From positions 16,685-80,684 of the forward strand of contig JANQFK010000062.1 of the NCBI GenBank assembly GCA_028277885.1: DNA of 64,000 bases, given 5' to 3'. The notes below the pieces were generated by a model that was given only the letters and a program-made list of their open reading frames with translations, did no database searches and was not told the DNA's origin. How positions within the stretch are numbered: position 1 is the first letter of the stretch; every line of letters starts with the position of its first letter. The position numbers and the translations under genes were made by a program. Shown here piece after piece: positions 49,228 through 57,559 of the stretch. This stretch comes from Myxococcota bacterium. GTDB lineage: Bacteria; Myxococcota_A; UBA9160; UBA6930.

Positions 49228-50210
49228 GCCGCCTCCGCCGCGGCGGGCTCGAGGAGCGCCGTGCCGAGCCGGTCGAGGTCCTCGGGTCCGCGGACGCCCT
49301 GGGGGAGCAGGGGGAGCGTGCAGATCGGCAGCCCGGTCCAGGCCTCGATCGCGCCGACGTAGTGGGCGTTGAGCCGATGGCGGGAGCGCAGGTGGGCGGC
49401 GCAGCGGGCGAGGGTGCGGGGCCCCGGCAGCCCCGGGACGTGCAGCTCCGCCGGCAGGCGGGCCAGTCGCTCGTCGAGATCCTCGAGCCCGGGCGGGAAG
49501 GGCGGAGGCGTCACGGCGTTCACCACCACCCGGTCCACCGCGACCCCCACCTCCTCGCGCAGGCGCTGCACCAGCTCGGCGGTCTCCCGCGCCGGCAGCT
49601 CCTCGGCGAGGGCCACGGGCAGCAGCAGGGTCGAGTCGGGATCGGTGATCATCTGCTGGACCAGGGAGGCGTTGCGCCGCAGCGGGCCCGCCCGCACCGC
49701 CGACGAGACCACCCGCGGCACGTCGAGGAAGGTGAGGCCGTGGCCCGTGGCGGGCGCGTCCACGAGGAGCAGGTCGAACTCCGGCGCTCCGCCGGGCCGG
49801 CGGCCCTGGGCCATGTGCCACACCTTTCCCAGGGTGATGAGCTCGCGCCAGCCCGGCGCCGCCTCCATGAGCTGGCGGAAGCCCGGGTTCCGCAGCACCC
49901 GGCTCACCAGGCCGCGGACCGGGAGCTGGAGGCTCAGGTACTCGGCGAGGGCCTCGAAGGGATCGATGCGCATGGCGGTCAGCCCGGGCTGGAGCTCCCG
50001 GCCCGCGTAGCCCACGGGAGGCGTCGCCGGGTCCAGGAGGCGCGGGACGTGCTCCTCGCGGCCCGTCTCGGCCACCAGCACCCGCCTGCCCGCCTGGGCG
50101 GCCGCGCGCGCCAGGGCCGCCACCACGCTCGTCTTCCCGGTGCCGCCCTTGCCCGTCACGATCACCAGGCGGCGCTCGAGGAGGCCGCGGCGGGGCAGGG
50201 GCAGGGGCAA
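49224..50210 (-). CDS. ArsA/GET3-family ATPase (Rv3679-like subunit)
   Basis: TTG start after GGAG; VTGKGGTGKT, APGWRELITLGK, DAPATGH, EELPARET. Confidence 0.85.
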   Translation of the reverse strand: MPLPLPRRGLLERRLVIVTGKGGTGKTSVVAALARAAAQAGRRVLVAETGREEHVPRLLDPATPPVGYAGRELQPGLTAMRIDPFEALAEYLSLQLPVRGLVSRVLRNPGFRQLMEAAPGWRELITLGKVWHMAQGRRPGGAPEFDLLLVDAPATGHGLTFLDVPRVVSSAVRAGPLRRNASLVQQMITDPDSTLLLPVALAEELPARETAELVQRLREEVGVAVDRVVVNAVTPPPFPPGLEDLDERLARLPAELHVPGLPGPRTLARCAAHLRSRHRLNAHYVGAIEAWTGLPICTLPLLPQGVRGPEDLDRLGTALLEPAAAEAA

Positions 50211-50345
50211 GCGGGTCTCCGTCCCCGCGGGCGCCGCCCCTCTCAAGCGGGGTCGCCACGCGTCCGAAACGACCGTAGACGGCCGGGTTCCCTCGGAAAC
50301 TAGCGTAGGAACGAGGTCCCAGGGCAAGCCACGGAGAGCTCTCGG

Positions 50346-51668
50346 GTGGTCATCGCCTGCAGCCAGTGCCAGACGCGCTTCCACGTCGCCGACGAACGCA
50401 TCCCGGCGGACGGCATCAAGGTCCGCTGCTCGCGCTGCAAGCACTCCTTCTTCGTGCGGGCGCCGGGGGCGTCGCCCGACGAGGCGGTCCACGCCGTCGC
50501 GGAGCGCGCTGCCGAGTCGCCGGCGCCCGAGCCGAGCCTCGACCTGGCCGGCAACACCGCGCCGCCGGAGGAAGAGGAGGAGGACTGGCAGTTCGCCATC
50601 GACCCGCCGAGCGCTGCCGCCTCCCGCGCGCCGGAGCCCGAGCCCGCCGAGGCCGAGAAGCCCGCGCCGAAGGCCGCCACGGACCCGGGGATCGCGAACG
50701 GGCTGGGCCTGGGCGAGCGCAAGCGCGGGAGCAGCCCGCTGCCGGAGCCCGAGACCTCGTCCCTCGCCGACCTCTCGAACCCCGAGAGCTGGGATCTCCT
50801 GGGCGGCGACGCCGGCGCGCGCGCCGACGACGCCGGCGAGCCGATCCCCGAGGTGACGGCCGAGCCCGAGACCGAAGCCGGCCTCGACGACGCCGAGGAC
50901 TGGCCCGCCGATCCGAGCCGGCCCGCGCCGGCCGGCCCCGTCGCGATCGAGGAGGAGGAGGGCTGGGAGGAGACGCCCTACCTCGACGAGCCCGACGACG
51001 TGCGGCGCTCCATGCGTCCGCCGCGGCGGAGCGCGCTCCCCGCCCTCGGCGTCGCCTTCCAGGCGGCCGGCTGGCTCGCCCTCGTGACGCTGCTCGCCCT
51101 GGTGGTGCGCGGCGCCTCGCTCGGGGACCGCTCCGCCTCGCGGATCGCCCCGCCCGTGGCCCTCGCGGGCCTCGAGGCCCGCAACGTGCAAGGCCGCGTG
51201 GTCGAGAACGCGGCGGCCGGTCCGCTGCTGGTGGTGACCGGCAGCCTCGCCAACCCGACCCCGACGCCGCTGGCCCCGGAGCGGGCGGTGCGCGTGGTGC
51301 TGCTCGACGACGACTCGCGCTCGCTCCCGGCCTCGGCCCTCGCCGGCCTGCCCCTCGACCCGGTGCGACTGCGCGTGGAGGACCCGGACGCCCTGCGCGC
51401 CGAGCTCGAGGTGTCGGCCGCGCACCTGGCGCGGCGTCGCGTGGGCGCGGGCGAGGTCGTGCCCTTCCAGGCCCTGTTCGCCGCGGCGGACCCGAGGGCC
51501 TCGGCGTTCCGCCTCGAGGAGGCGCCCGCGCCGGCGCTGCCGGCTCCGCCCGTGGCCGTGCCCGCGGAGGAGGTCCTCGACGCTGCCGCGGAGGCCGGCG
51601 GGCGGGCTCCCTCCGACTCCGCCGGGTCGGGTGCGGGGCCCGGCGAGGCTTCCGGCACCCGGGGCTGA
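50346..51668 (+). CDS. MJ0042-family zinc-ribbon + acidic linker + TM + DUF3426-like protein
   Basis: CSQCQTRF..IP..G.KVRCSRCKHSF; acidic/Pro linker; TM; LLVVTGSLAN..GEVVPFQALF. Confidence 0.75.
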   Translation: MVIACSQCQTRFHVADERIPADGIKVRCSRCKHSFFVRAPGASPDEAVHAVAERAAESPAPEPSLDLAGNTAPPEEEEEDWQFAIDPPSAAASRAPEPEPAEAEKPAPKAATDPGIANGLGLGERKRGSSPLPEPETSSLADLSNPESWDLLGGDAGARADDAGEPIPEVTAEPETEAGLDDAEDWPADPSRPAPAGPVAIEEEEGWEETPYLDEPDDVRRSMRPPRRSALPALGVAFQAAGWLALVTLLALVVRGASLGDRSASRIAPPVALAGLEARNVQGRVVENAAAGPLLVVTGSLANPTPTPLAPERAVRVVLLDDDSRSLPASALAGLPLDPVRLRVEDPDALRAELEVSAAHLARRRVGAGEVVPFQALFAAADPRASAFRLEEAPAPALPAPPVAVPAEEVLDAAAEAGGRAPSDSAGSGAGPGEASGTRG

Positions 51669-51671
51669 GCC

Positions 51672-51869
51672 TCAGTCGCCCTCGGGAACCTCCTTGGGCG
51701 ACTCCTTCTTGGGCGTGACGTCGATCTCGTCCTTGCCCGACATGCCCGAGCGGAAGTTCTTGATGGCCTGCCCGAGGCCCGAGCCGATCTCGGGCAGCCG
51801 CCGGGCGCCGAACAGCAGCACCAGGATGCCGAGGATGACGAGCAGCTCCGGGACGCCGAGTCCGAACAT
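51672..51869 (-). CDS. tatA: Twin-arginine translocase TatA/E subunit
   Basis: [40 protein letters not shown]. Confidence 0.93.
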   Translation of the reverse strand: MFGLGVPELLVILGILVLLFGARRLPEIGSGLGQAIKNFRSGMSGKDEIDVTPKKESPKEVPEGD

Positions 51870-51912
51870 GGGCACTCCCCGAACATGGACACTCCCCGAA
51901 CATCGACACTCC
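51862..51912 (-). repeat. Three tandem 17-bp units, each carrying RBS+ATG (GGAGTGYCSATGTTCGG)
   Basis: Units at 51862-51878, 51879-51895 and 51896-51912, read directly. Confidence 0.9.
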
Positions 51913-51997
51913 GACGAGGACGGGAGGGCCGAGGTGAAAGGGTCGCGTCTCGCGCGGGAGCGGTCAAGGCTCGCCGCTGCGTGTAGACTGCGCCTCC

Positions 51998-53350
51998 ATG
52001 CCGATCTTCAAGGCCTACGACATCCGCGGCGTCGTGCCCGACGAGCTCGACGTCGACGCCGCGCGGCGCATCGGGCGCGGAGTTGCGCGCTACCTGCTGG
52101 ACGCAGCCGGTGGGCAGGGCGAGATCGCGGTGGGCTGGGACGCTCGCGAGAGCTCGCCCTCCCTGCGCGACGCCCTGCTCGACGGCATCGCGGCCGAGGG
52201 CGCCGGCAGCGTGACCCTGGGCGCGGTCTCGACCCCGATCCTCTACTTCGCCGTGGATCATCTCGGGCTGGCGGGCGGCGTGATGGTGACGGCCTCCCAC
52301 AACCCGTCCCAGTACAACGGCTTCAAGGTCTGCGGTCCCCACGCCGTGCCGATCGGCGAGGCGAGCGGGCTGCGCGACATCGAGCGCCTCGCGGGCGACA
52401 CCGGCCGACCGGAGGCGCCGGTCCGCGGCGGCCGGCGCGAGGCCGCGGTGGTGGACGCCTACGTCGACCACCTGCTTCGGGGGCTCGAGGGGCCGGCGCC
52501 GCTGCGCGTCGCCATCGACTGCGGCAACGGCATGGCTGCGGTGGGGCTCGAGCCGCTGCTCGAGCGACTGCCCCTCGAGGTGGAGCGGCTCTACTTCGAG
52601 CCCGACTGCACCTTCCCCAACCACCCCGCGGATCCCCTCAAGGTGGAGAACCTCGCCGACCTGCGCGCCGCGGTGACGAAGGCGGGTTGCGACTTCGGCG
52701 TGGCCTTCGACGGCGACGCCGACCGTGCCTGCTTCGTGGACCCGTCCGGCGAGCCCGTGGCCTCGGACCTGGTGACCGCGCTGCTGGCCCGGGCCCAGCT
52801 GCGGCGCCAGCCCGGCGCGCGGGTGCTCTACGACCTGCGCTCGAGCCGCGCCACCGCCGAGGACATCGAGGCGGCCGGGGGCGTCGCGGAGATGTGTCGG
52901 GTGGGCCACTCCTTCATCAAGGCCCAGATGCGCGAGAGCGGCGCGATCTTCGCCGGCGAGCTCTCGGGCCACTTCTACTTCCGCTTCTCCGACACCCTGG
53001 TGGCGGACGACGGCCTCGCGGCCTTCCTCGCCCTGGTCGACGTGCTCTCCCAGGAGCGCAAGCCGCTCTCGGAGCTCGTCGCGCCGCTGCGCCGCTACGC
53101 GACCAGCGGCGAGATCAGCAAGCCCGTGGCGGACCCGCCCGGCTTCCTGGCCCGCATCGAGGCGGAGCACGCCGGCGCGCCCGAGGTGCTCAAGCTCGAC
53201 GGCCTGCTGGTGCGCTACCCGGACTGGTGGTTCAACCTGCGCGCGTCGAACACCGAGCCCGTGGTGCGGCTCAACCTCGAGGCCGACTCCGAGGCGCGCA
53301 TGCGCAGCGAGCGCGATCGCCTGCTCGCCGCCATGGAGGCGGCCGGCTAG
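51998..53350 (+). CDS. Phosphomannomutase/phosphoglucomutase
   Basis: [37 protein letters not shown]. Confidence 0.95.
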   Translation: MPIFKAYDIRGVVPDELDVDAARRIGRGVARYLLDAAGGQGEIAVGWDARESSPSLRDALLDGIAAEGAGSVTLGAVSTPILYFAVDHLGLAGGVMVTASHNPSQYNGFKVCGPHAVPIGEASGLRDIERLAGDTGRPEAPVRGGRREAAVVDAYVDHLLRGLEGPAPLRVAIDCGNGMAAVGLEPLLERLPLEVERLYFEPDCTFPNHPADPLKVENLADLRAAVTKAGCDFGVAFDGDADRACFVDPSGEPVASDLVTALLARAQLRRQPGARVLYDLRSSRATAEDIEAAGGVAEMCRVGHSFIKAQMRESGAIFAGELSGHFYFRFSDTLVADDGLAAFLALVDVLSQERKPLSELVAPLRRYATSGEISKPVADPPGFLARIEAEHAGAPEVLKLDGLLVRYPDWWFNLRASNTEPVVRLNLEADSEARMRSERDRLLAAMEAAG

Positions 53351-53412
53351 GAAGGCCGACCCGGGATGGGTCGGCTTCCGCCGCAAAGCGAGGCCGAAGA
53401 GCTCGCTCAGCC
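53347..53412. repeat. CTAG-bounded REP-like element, copy B (inverted, slightly diverged)
   Basis: CTAGGAAGGCCGACCCGGGATGGGTCGGCTTCCGCCGCAAAGCGAGGCCGAAGAGCTCGCTCAGCC is the reverse complement of the copy A/C core with a few substitutions. Confidence 0.85.
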
Positions 53413-53456
53413 CGCTCCGCGGCGTCGGCCGCCCCGCGCCGGGGCGTCCTCCCGGA

Positions 53457-54479
53457 TCAGGACGCGTCTTCCGCGGCCTTCAGCTCGCGCTCGATCAGGC
53501 GCTCGAAGTCCTCGAAGGGCCGCGCGCCCGAGAGCCGCACGCCGTTCACGAAGAAGGCGGGCGTTCCCTGCACCCCGAGCCGCTGGCCGGCCTCCAGGTC
53601 GTTCTGCACCACCTCGCTCACGCGGCCCTCGTCGAGGCAGCTGCCGAAGCGCTCGGCGTCGAGTCCCAGCTCCGCCGCGTAGCGGCGCAGCGCCTCGGCA
53701 TCGAGGGCCGGGGACTTCTCGAAGAGCATGGCGTGGTACTCCCAGAAGCGCCCCTGCTCGTCGGCGCAGCTCGCGGCCTCGGCGGCGCCCTTCGCCTGGG
53801 CGTGGAAGCCCAGCGGGAAGTGGCGGTACACGAAGCGCACCTGCTCGGGGTAGCGCTCGAGGATCTGCTTCACGACGGGCTCGGCGCGCTTGCAGTACGG
53901 ACACTCGTAGTCGCTGAACTCCACGATGGTGATCGGCGCGCCGTCGGGGCCGAGGCCCGGTCCCACGGCCTCGACGTCGAAGCGCGGCGCCTCCAGGGCG
54001 ATCTCGACGCCGGCGGACTCGCGCAGCCGGGCGATGAGGGCGCGCTGTCCCTGGGCCTTCTTCTGCTGCTCGAGCAGCCCGCGGATGCGCTCCTCCACCT
54101 CCTCGAAGGAGCGGCCCGCCATGCGGGCCGCGTTGGCGTCGTAGAACTCCCGCACCTCGGCGTCGCCGATCGCGACCTCGCCGCTGCTCTCGGCCAGCAG
54201 CTCCTCGGCGGAGAGGCCGCGCGCCTCGGTCTCGGCCTCGAGCAGCCGCTCGTCGATCATGCGCTGGAGGGACTGGAGGCGCAGCTCGTGGAGCTCGTTC
54301 TTGATGCGGTCGTCGAGTTCCGCGACCGTGATCGGGTCCCCGGCGACGTAGGCCGCGACGGCCTCCGCGGCGGCGGGGGAGCCGGCCGCGGCCGGGCCTT
54401 CCGCAGGGCCGGGTCCGCAGGCGGGGACGAGGGCGAGCCCCAGCGCTCCCAGGGACGCGACGATGGCAGGCGACGGCAT
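53457..54479 (-). CDS. DsbA-family thioredoxin-domain lipoprotein
   Basis: LVPAC lipobox-like motif, EFSDYECPYC, RHFPL, GVQGTPAFFVNG. Confidence 0.88.
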   Translation of the reverse strand: MPSPAIVASLGALGLALVPACGPGPAEGPAAAGSPAAAEAVAAYVAGDPITVAELDDRIKNELHELRLQSLQRMIDERLLEAETEARGLSAEELLAESSGEVAIGDAEVREFYDANAARMAGRSFEEVEERIRGLLEQQKKAQGQRALIARLRESAGVEIALEAPRFDVEAVGPGLGPDGAPITIVEFSDYECPYCKRAEPVVKQILERYPEQVRFVYRHFPLGFHAQAKGAAEAASCADEQGRFWEYHAMLFEKSPALDAEALRRYAAELGLDAERFGSCLDEGRVSEVVQNDLEAGQRLGVQGTPAFFVNGVRLSGARPFEDFERLIERELKAAEDAS

Positions 54480-54536
54480 GACGGCTCCTCCTTCGGGGTC
54501 CGGACCCGCGGGACCCGCGACCGGTAGCACAGCGCC

Positions 54537-55385
54537 GTGGGCGGGTCCCCGCGCCGGAGCGCGCCGCCGCCGGGCCCGGGGGCGGCCGTGGTGACGCGCG
54601 TCGCCGACGCCGTCGGCCTGCCCTTCGAGGCCCTGGGTCTGCTGTGGCGGGAGCGCCGGCTGTGGGGGCCGGCGGGCGTTCCCTTCGTGCTCTCCCTGCT
54701 GGCCGTCGGCGGCGCCCTCGCGGTCGTGGTGGGGGGCGCGGAGGAGATCCGCGCCGCGCTCTCCCCGTGGCTCCCCACGGTGACGGCGGGCGCCTGGTAC
54801 ACCTGGCTCTGGGTGGGTCCGGCCCGGGCCCTGCTGTGGCTCGCCGAGCAGCTGCTCTTCCTCGCCGCCGCCGCCGTGGTGCTGGTGGCCGCGCTGCTCG
54901 TCGCGAGCCTGCTCGCCTCTCCCTTCCACGACCTGCTGGCGCGGCGCGTGGAGGAGATCGAGACGGGAGCCGTGGTCGAGGCCGAGGGGGACGGCCTCGC
55001 GGGCGCGGTCCGCGAGGGGCTGCGCGCACTGGGGCAGGAGGCGCGGCGGCTCGTCTTCTTCGCGCTGGCCCTCGGCGCCGTGGCGCTGCTCTGGCTGGTG
55101 CCCGGCGGCCAGCTCCTGGCGCCGCCGGCCATGACCCTGCTGGCCGTGTTCTTCCTGCCCCTCGAGTACGCGAGCTACACCCTCGACCGCCGCCGGCTCT
55201 CCTTCCGCGAGAAGCGCGCGTGGCTGCTCGCGAACCGCGGCGCGACCCTGGGCTACGGCGGTGCCGCCTTCCTGGTCTGCGCGGTGCCGGGCCTGAACCT
55301 GCTCGCCATGCCGGTGCTGGTCGTGGGCGGCACGCTCCTCGCCCTGCGCAATCCGCCGGGCGCCGGGGCGCACGCGTCGTCCTAG
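54537..55385 (+). CDS. EI24/CysZ-like membrane protein
   Basis: LASPFHDLLARRVE, LEYASYTLDRR, VPGLNL..PVLVVGGT. Confidence 0.8.
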   Translation: MGGSPRRSAPPPGPGAAVVTRVADAVGLPFEALGLLWRERRLWGPAGVPFVLSLLAVGGALAVVVGGAEEIRAALSPWLPTVTAGAWYTWLWVGPARALLWLAEQLLFLAAAAVVLVAALLVASLLASPFHDLLARRVEEIETGAVVEAEGDGLAGAVREGLRALGQEARRLVFFALALGAVALLWLVPGGQLLAPPAMTLLAVFFLPLEYASYTLDRRRLSFREKRAWLLANRGATLGYGGAAFLVCAVPGLNLLAMPVLVVGGTLLALRNPPGAGAHASS

Positions 55386-55484
55386 GCGGCGGCTCGCGTC
55401 CGCCGAGACTCGCCGGCCTGGCTGAGCGAGCCCTTCGGGCTCGCTTTGCGGCGGAAGCCGACCCATCCTGGGTCGGCCTCCTAG
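55382..55484. repeat. CTAG-bounded REP-like element, copy C
   Basis: Core 55421-55478 identical to 46864-46921; CTAG at both ends overlaps both stop codons. Confidence 0.85.
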
Positions 55485-56257
55485 ATCGCGAGGCGCTCCG
55501 CCAGGAACTTCCACATGGGCTCGAGGCCGTCGTCGTCGGCGTCGAGCCGCTGCACCTGCTTCGGCTCCCCCGCCGCCTCGTGGAGCGCCTCGGCACCGGG
55601 CTCCGCGGGCCGGGGGTCCACGAACAGCACGGGGCGCGGGGAGAGGCGCGCCACGTGGGCGATGGGGTCCACCGCCACCGGCCCCACCCCGCCGCGGCCC
55701 CGCGCCAGGGCGACGGCGCGGATCCGGGGCTCCTCGGCGCAGAAGGGCGCGCCCACGATGCTCCCCAGGCCGAAGCCCGCGAAGCCCACCCGCGAGGCGT
55801 CGATGGACTCGTGGGCGGTGAGGGCCTCGACGCTGCGACGCAGGTCGCTCACGGCCTGGCGCACGAAGTCGATCCACAGCTCGGCGTCGAACGACTCGAG
55901 CACCGCCGCGCCGTCGAGGAGCGCCAGGAAGCGCCGACTCAGCTTCGCGCTGGCGCGCTCGCCGTGGAGCGGCAGGTCCACGGCGGCCACCGCGGCGCCG
56001 CGCCCCGCCCAGGCGGCGAACAGCGCGTCCGTCGCGGTCGAGTCCTTGGAGCCGCCCAGGTCGTGGGCGGTGATCACCAGCGGGAAGGGGATCGGCCCGG
56101 TGGGAAGCTGGAGCCGGCCGGGCACCCGGTCGCCGCGGCTGGTGAGCTCGAAGCGCACCTGGGCCGCGGCCTCGAAGGGCCGGGGCTCCTCGTGGGAGAG
56201 CACCTGGAAGGAGAGGGGCTCGCTCGGGTCGAGCGCAAACGGGGCGGGCGGCTTCAC
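55481..56257 (-). CDS. Alpha/beta-hydrolase-fold protein lacking the nucleophile Ser
   Basis: DLPLHGER, DLRRSVE..IDASRVGFAGFGLG (GxSxG reads GFGLG), PRPVLF, EPKQ with no following His. Confidence 0.65.
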   Translation of the reverse strand: MKPPAPFALDPSEPLSFQVLSHEEPRPFEAAAQVRFELTSRGDRVPGRLQLPTGPIPFPLVITAHDLGGSKDSTATDALFAAWAGRGAAVAAVDLPLHGERASAKLSRRFLALLDGAAVLESFDAELWIDFVRQAVSDLRRSVEALTAHESIDASRVGFAGFGLGSIVGAPFCAEEPRIRAVALARGRGGVGPVAVDPIAHVARLSPRPVLFVDPRPAEPGAEALHEAAGEPKQVQRLDADDDGLEPMWKFLAERLAI

Positions 56258-56266
56258 GCCGCCATT

Positions 56267-56842
56267 CTAACGCGCGAGCAGGGCCTTCCGCGCCCGGTAC
56301 AGGTGGGACTTCACCGAGTCCTCGCTCTTGTCGAGAGCCTCGGCGATCTCCTGGATCGAGCGGTCCTGGAGGTGGTGCAGCTGGAAGAGCAGGCGCTGCT
56401 CCGGCGTCAGGTCCTGCCGGATGGCCGTCTCCATGCGCTGCATGGTCTCGTTGCACTCGTAGGCCTCGTGCGGATTCGGGTCGCGGCTCACGGCGCCGGG
56501 AAGGTTGGCGTTGTCCGGCTCGGTCTCGGGCAACGGAACCATGTCGTGTCGCTTCTTCTTGTAGCGGCCGGCGATGGTCCGGCGGGTCAACCCGAACAGC
56601 CAGGCGGCGAAGGGCGCCTCGCCCCGGAAGCCGTGGATCGACGAGAAGACGTTGACGAAGACCTCTTGCACGGTCTCCTCGGCGTCCGCCCGGCTCGCCA
56701 TCCGCTTGGAGACGAAGCTGTAGACCCGAGGGAAGTAGCGCTCGTACAAGATCTCGAAGGAGGCGCGGTCTCCCGTGCGCAAGCGGTCGATCAGCTCGGC
56801 GTCGGAGAGCGGCTCCGGAAGCGCAGCATTCGCAGCAGCCAT
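56267..56842 (-). CDS. ECF-type RNA polymerase sigma factor
   Basis: GDRASFEILYERY, DAEETVQEVF, FAAWLFG, IQEIAEAL..SVKSHLYRAR. Confidence 0.9.
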   Translation of the reverse strand: MAAANAALPEPLSDAELIDRLRTGDRASFEILYERYFPRVYSFVSKRMASRADAEETVQEVFVNVFSSIHGFRGEAPFAAWLFGLTRRTIAGRYKKKRHDMVPLPETEPDNANLPGAVSRDPNPHEAYECNETMQRMETAIRQDLTPEQRLLFQLHHLQDRSIQEIAEALDKSEDSVKSHLYRARKALLAR

Positions 56843-56998
56843 GGTTCCCTTCCCTGGCGCACCGGCACGCCGGCGCACGTCCCATCCCCCATTGTGGTAG
56901 TGACGAGGTCGGGCGACGGGGTGTCAAAAAATGTCACCGATCGACGAAAAAAGTTGCCGGCTGCCGAAAAGAGGCACCCCGCGGGGCCTCCCGCCCGC

Positions 56999-57559
56999 TC
57001 AGAACGCTCCTGAGGGCGCCTCGGAGCCCGCCTCGCCGAGGTCGTCCTCCTCGAGCCCCGTCCGGAAGACCGACTCCAGGGCCGGGGCCCAGGCGTCGGG
57101 GCCGGGCTCGGCGGGCCCCACGGGCTCGAGCTCCACGGCCCAGCCCGTCGCGGTGCGGCGGGCGCGGTAGACGGCCGGCTCGATCGGCGCTCCCCCCAGG
57201 CCCTGGGCGGCGGCCAGCACCCGCGGATCGAGCCGCGGGGCCAGCAGCAGGGCGCGCACCCCGCGGCCGGGATCCAGGCCGAGCCCGGGAGCGAGCTGCC
57301 GCCAGTCGGCGAGGCGGGGCTCGAGCCAGGCGCGCTGGGCGAGGGCGTCGGTGAAGCGGGCGAGGTCGTCGCCCTCGGCGGCCACGCAAACCACGACGAC
57401 GCCGCCCCGCTCGTCCCGGGCGACGAGGTCGATGCGGGCGTCGAGGCCCAGCACCCGCTCGGCCACCACGCTGAGCGGCGGGTCGAGCTCCACGAGCGCC
57501 TCGCCGATGGCGCGCAGCAGGGCGGAGCGGGGCGGTCGGGGTGCGCGGCTCTCAGCCAC
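56999..57559 (-). CDS. Hypothetical protein with a degenerate NucS/PD-(D/E)XK-like fold
   Basis: RIDLVARDERGGVVVVCV and VRALLLAP resemble the NucS C-terminus, but the E-x-K catalytic motif is absent. Confidence 0.5.
   Translation of the reverse strand: MAESRAPRPPRSALLRAIGEALVELDPPLSVVAERVLGLDARIDLVARDERGGVVVVCVAAEGDDLARFTDALAQRAWLEPRLADWRQLAPGLGLDPGRGVRALLLAPRLDPRVLAAAQGLGGAPIEPAVYRARRTATGWAVELEPVGPAEPGPDAWAPALESVFRTGLEEDDLGEAGSEAPSGAF

Noticed and set aside
48031..50210. ArsA pair as an arsenic resistance system
   Set aside because: No arsB/acr3/arsC/arsD/arsR nearby; motifs match the Rv3679/Rv3680-like clade rather than metalloid-activated ArsA
51862..51912. Short tandem repeats (also 24438-24473) as a possible CRISPR array
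   Set aside because: No spacers, units are only 17-18 bp, and there are no cas genes
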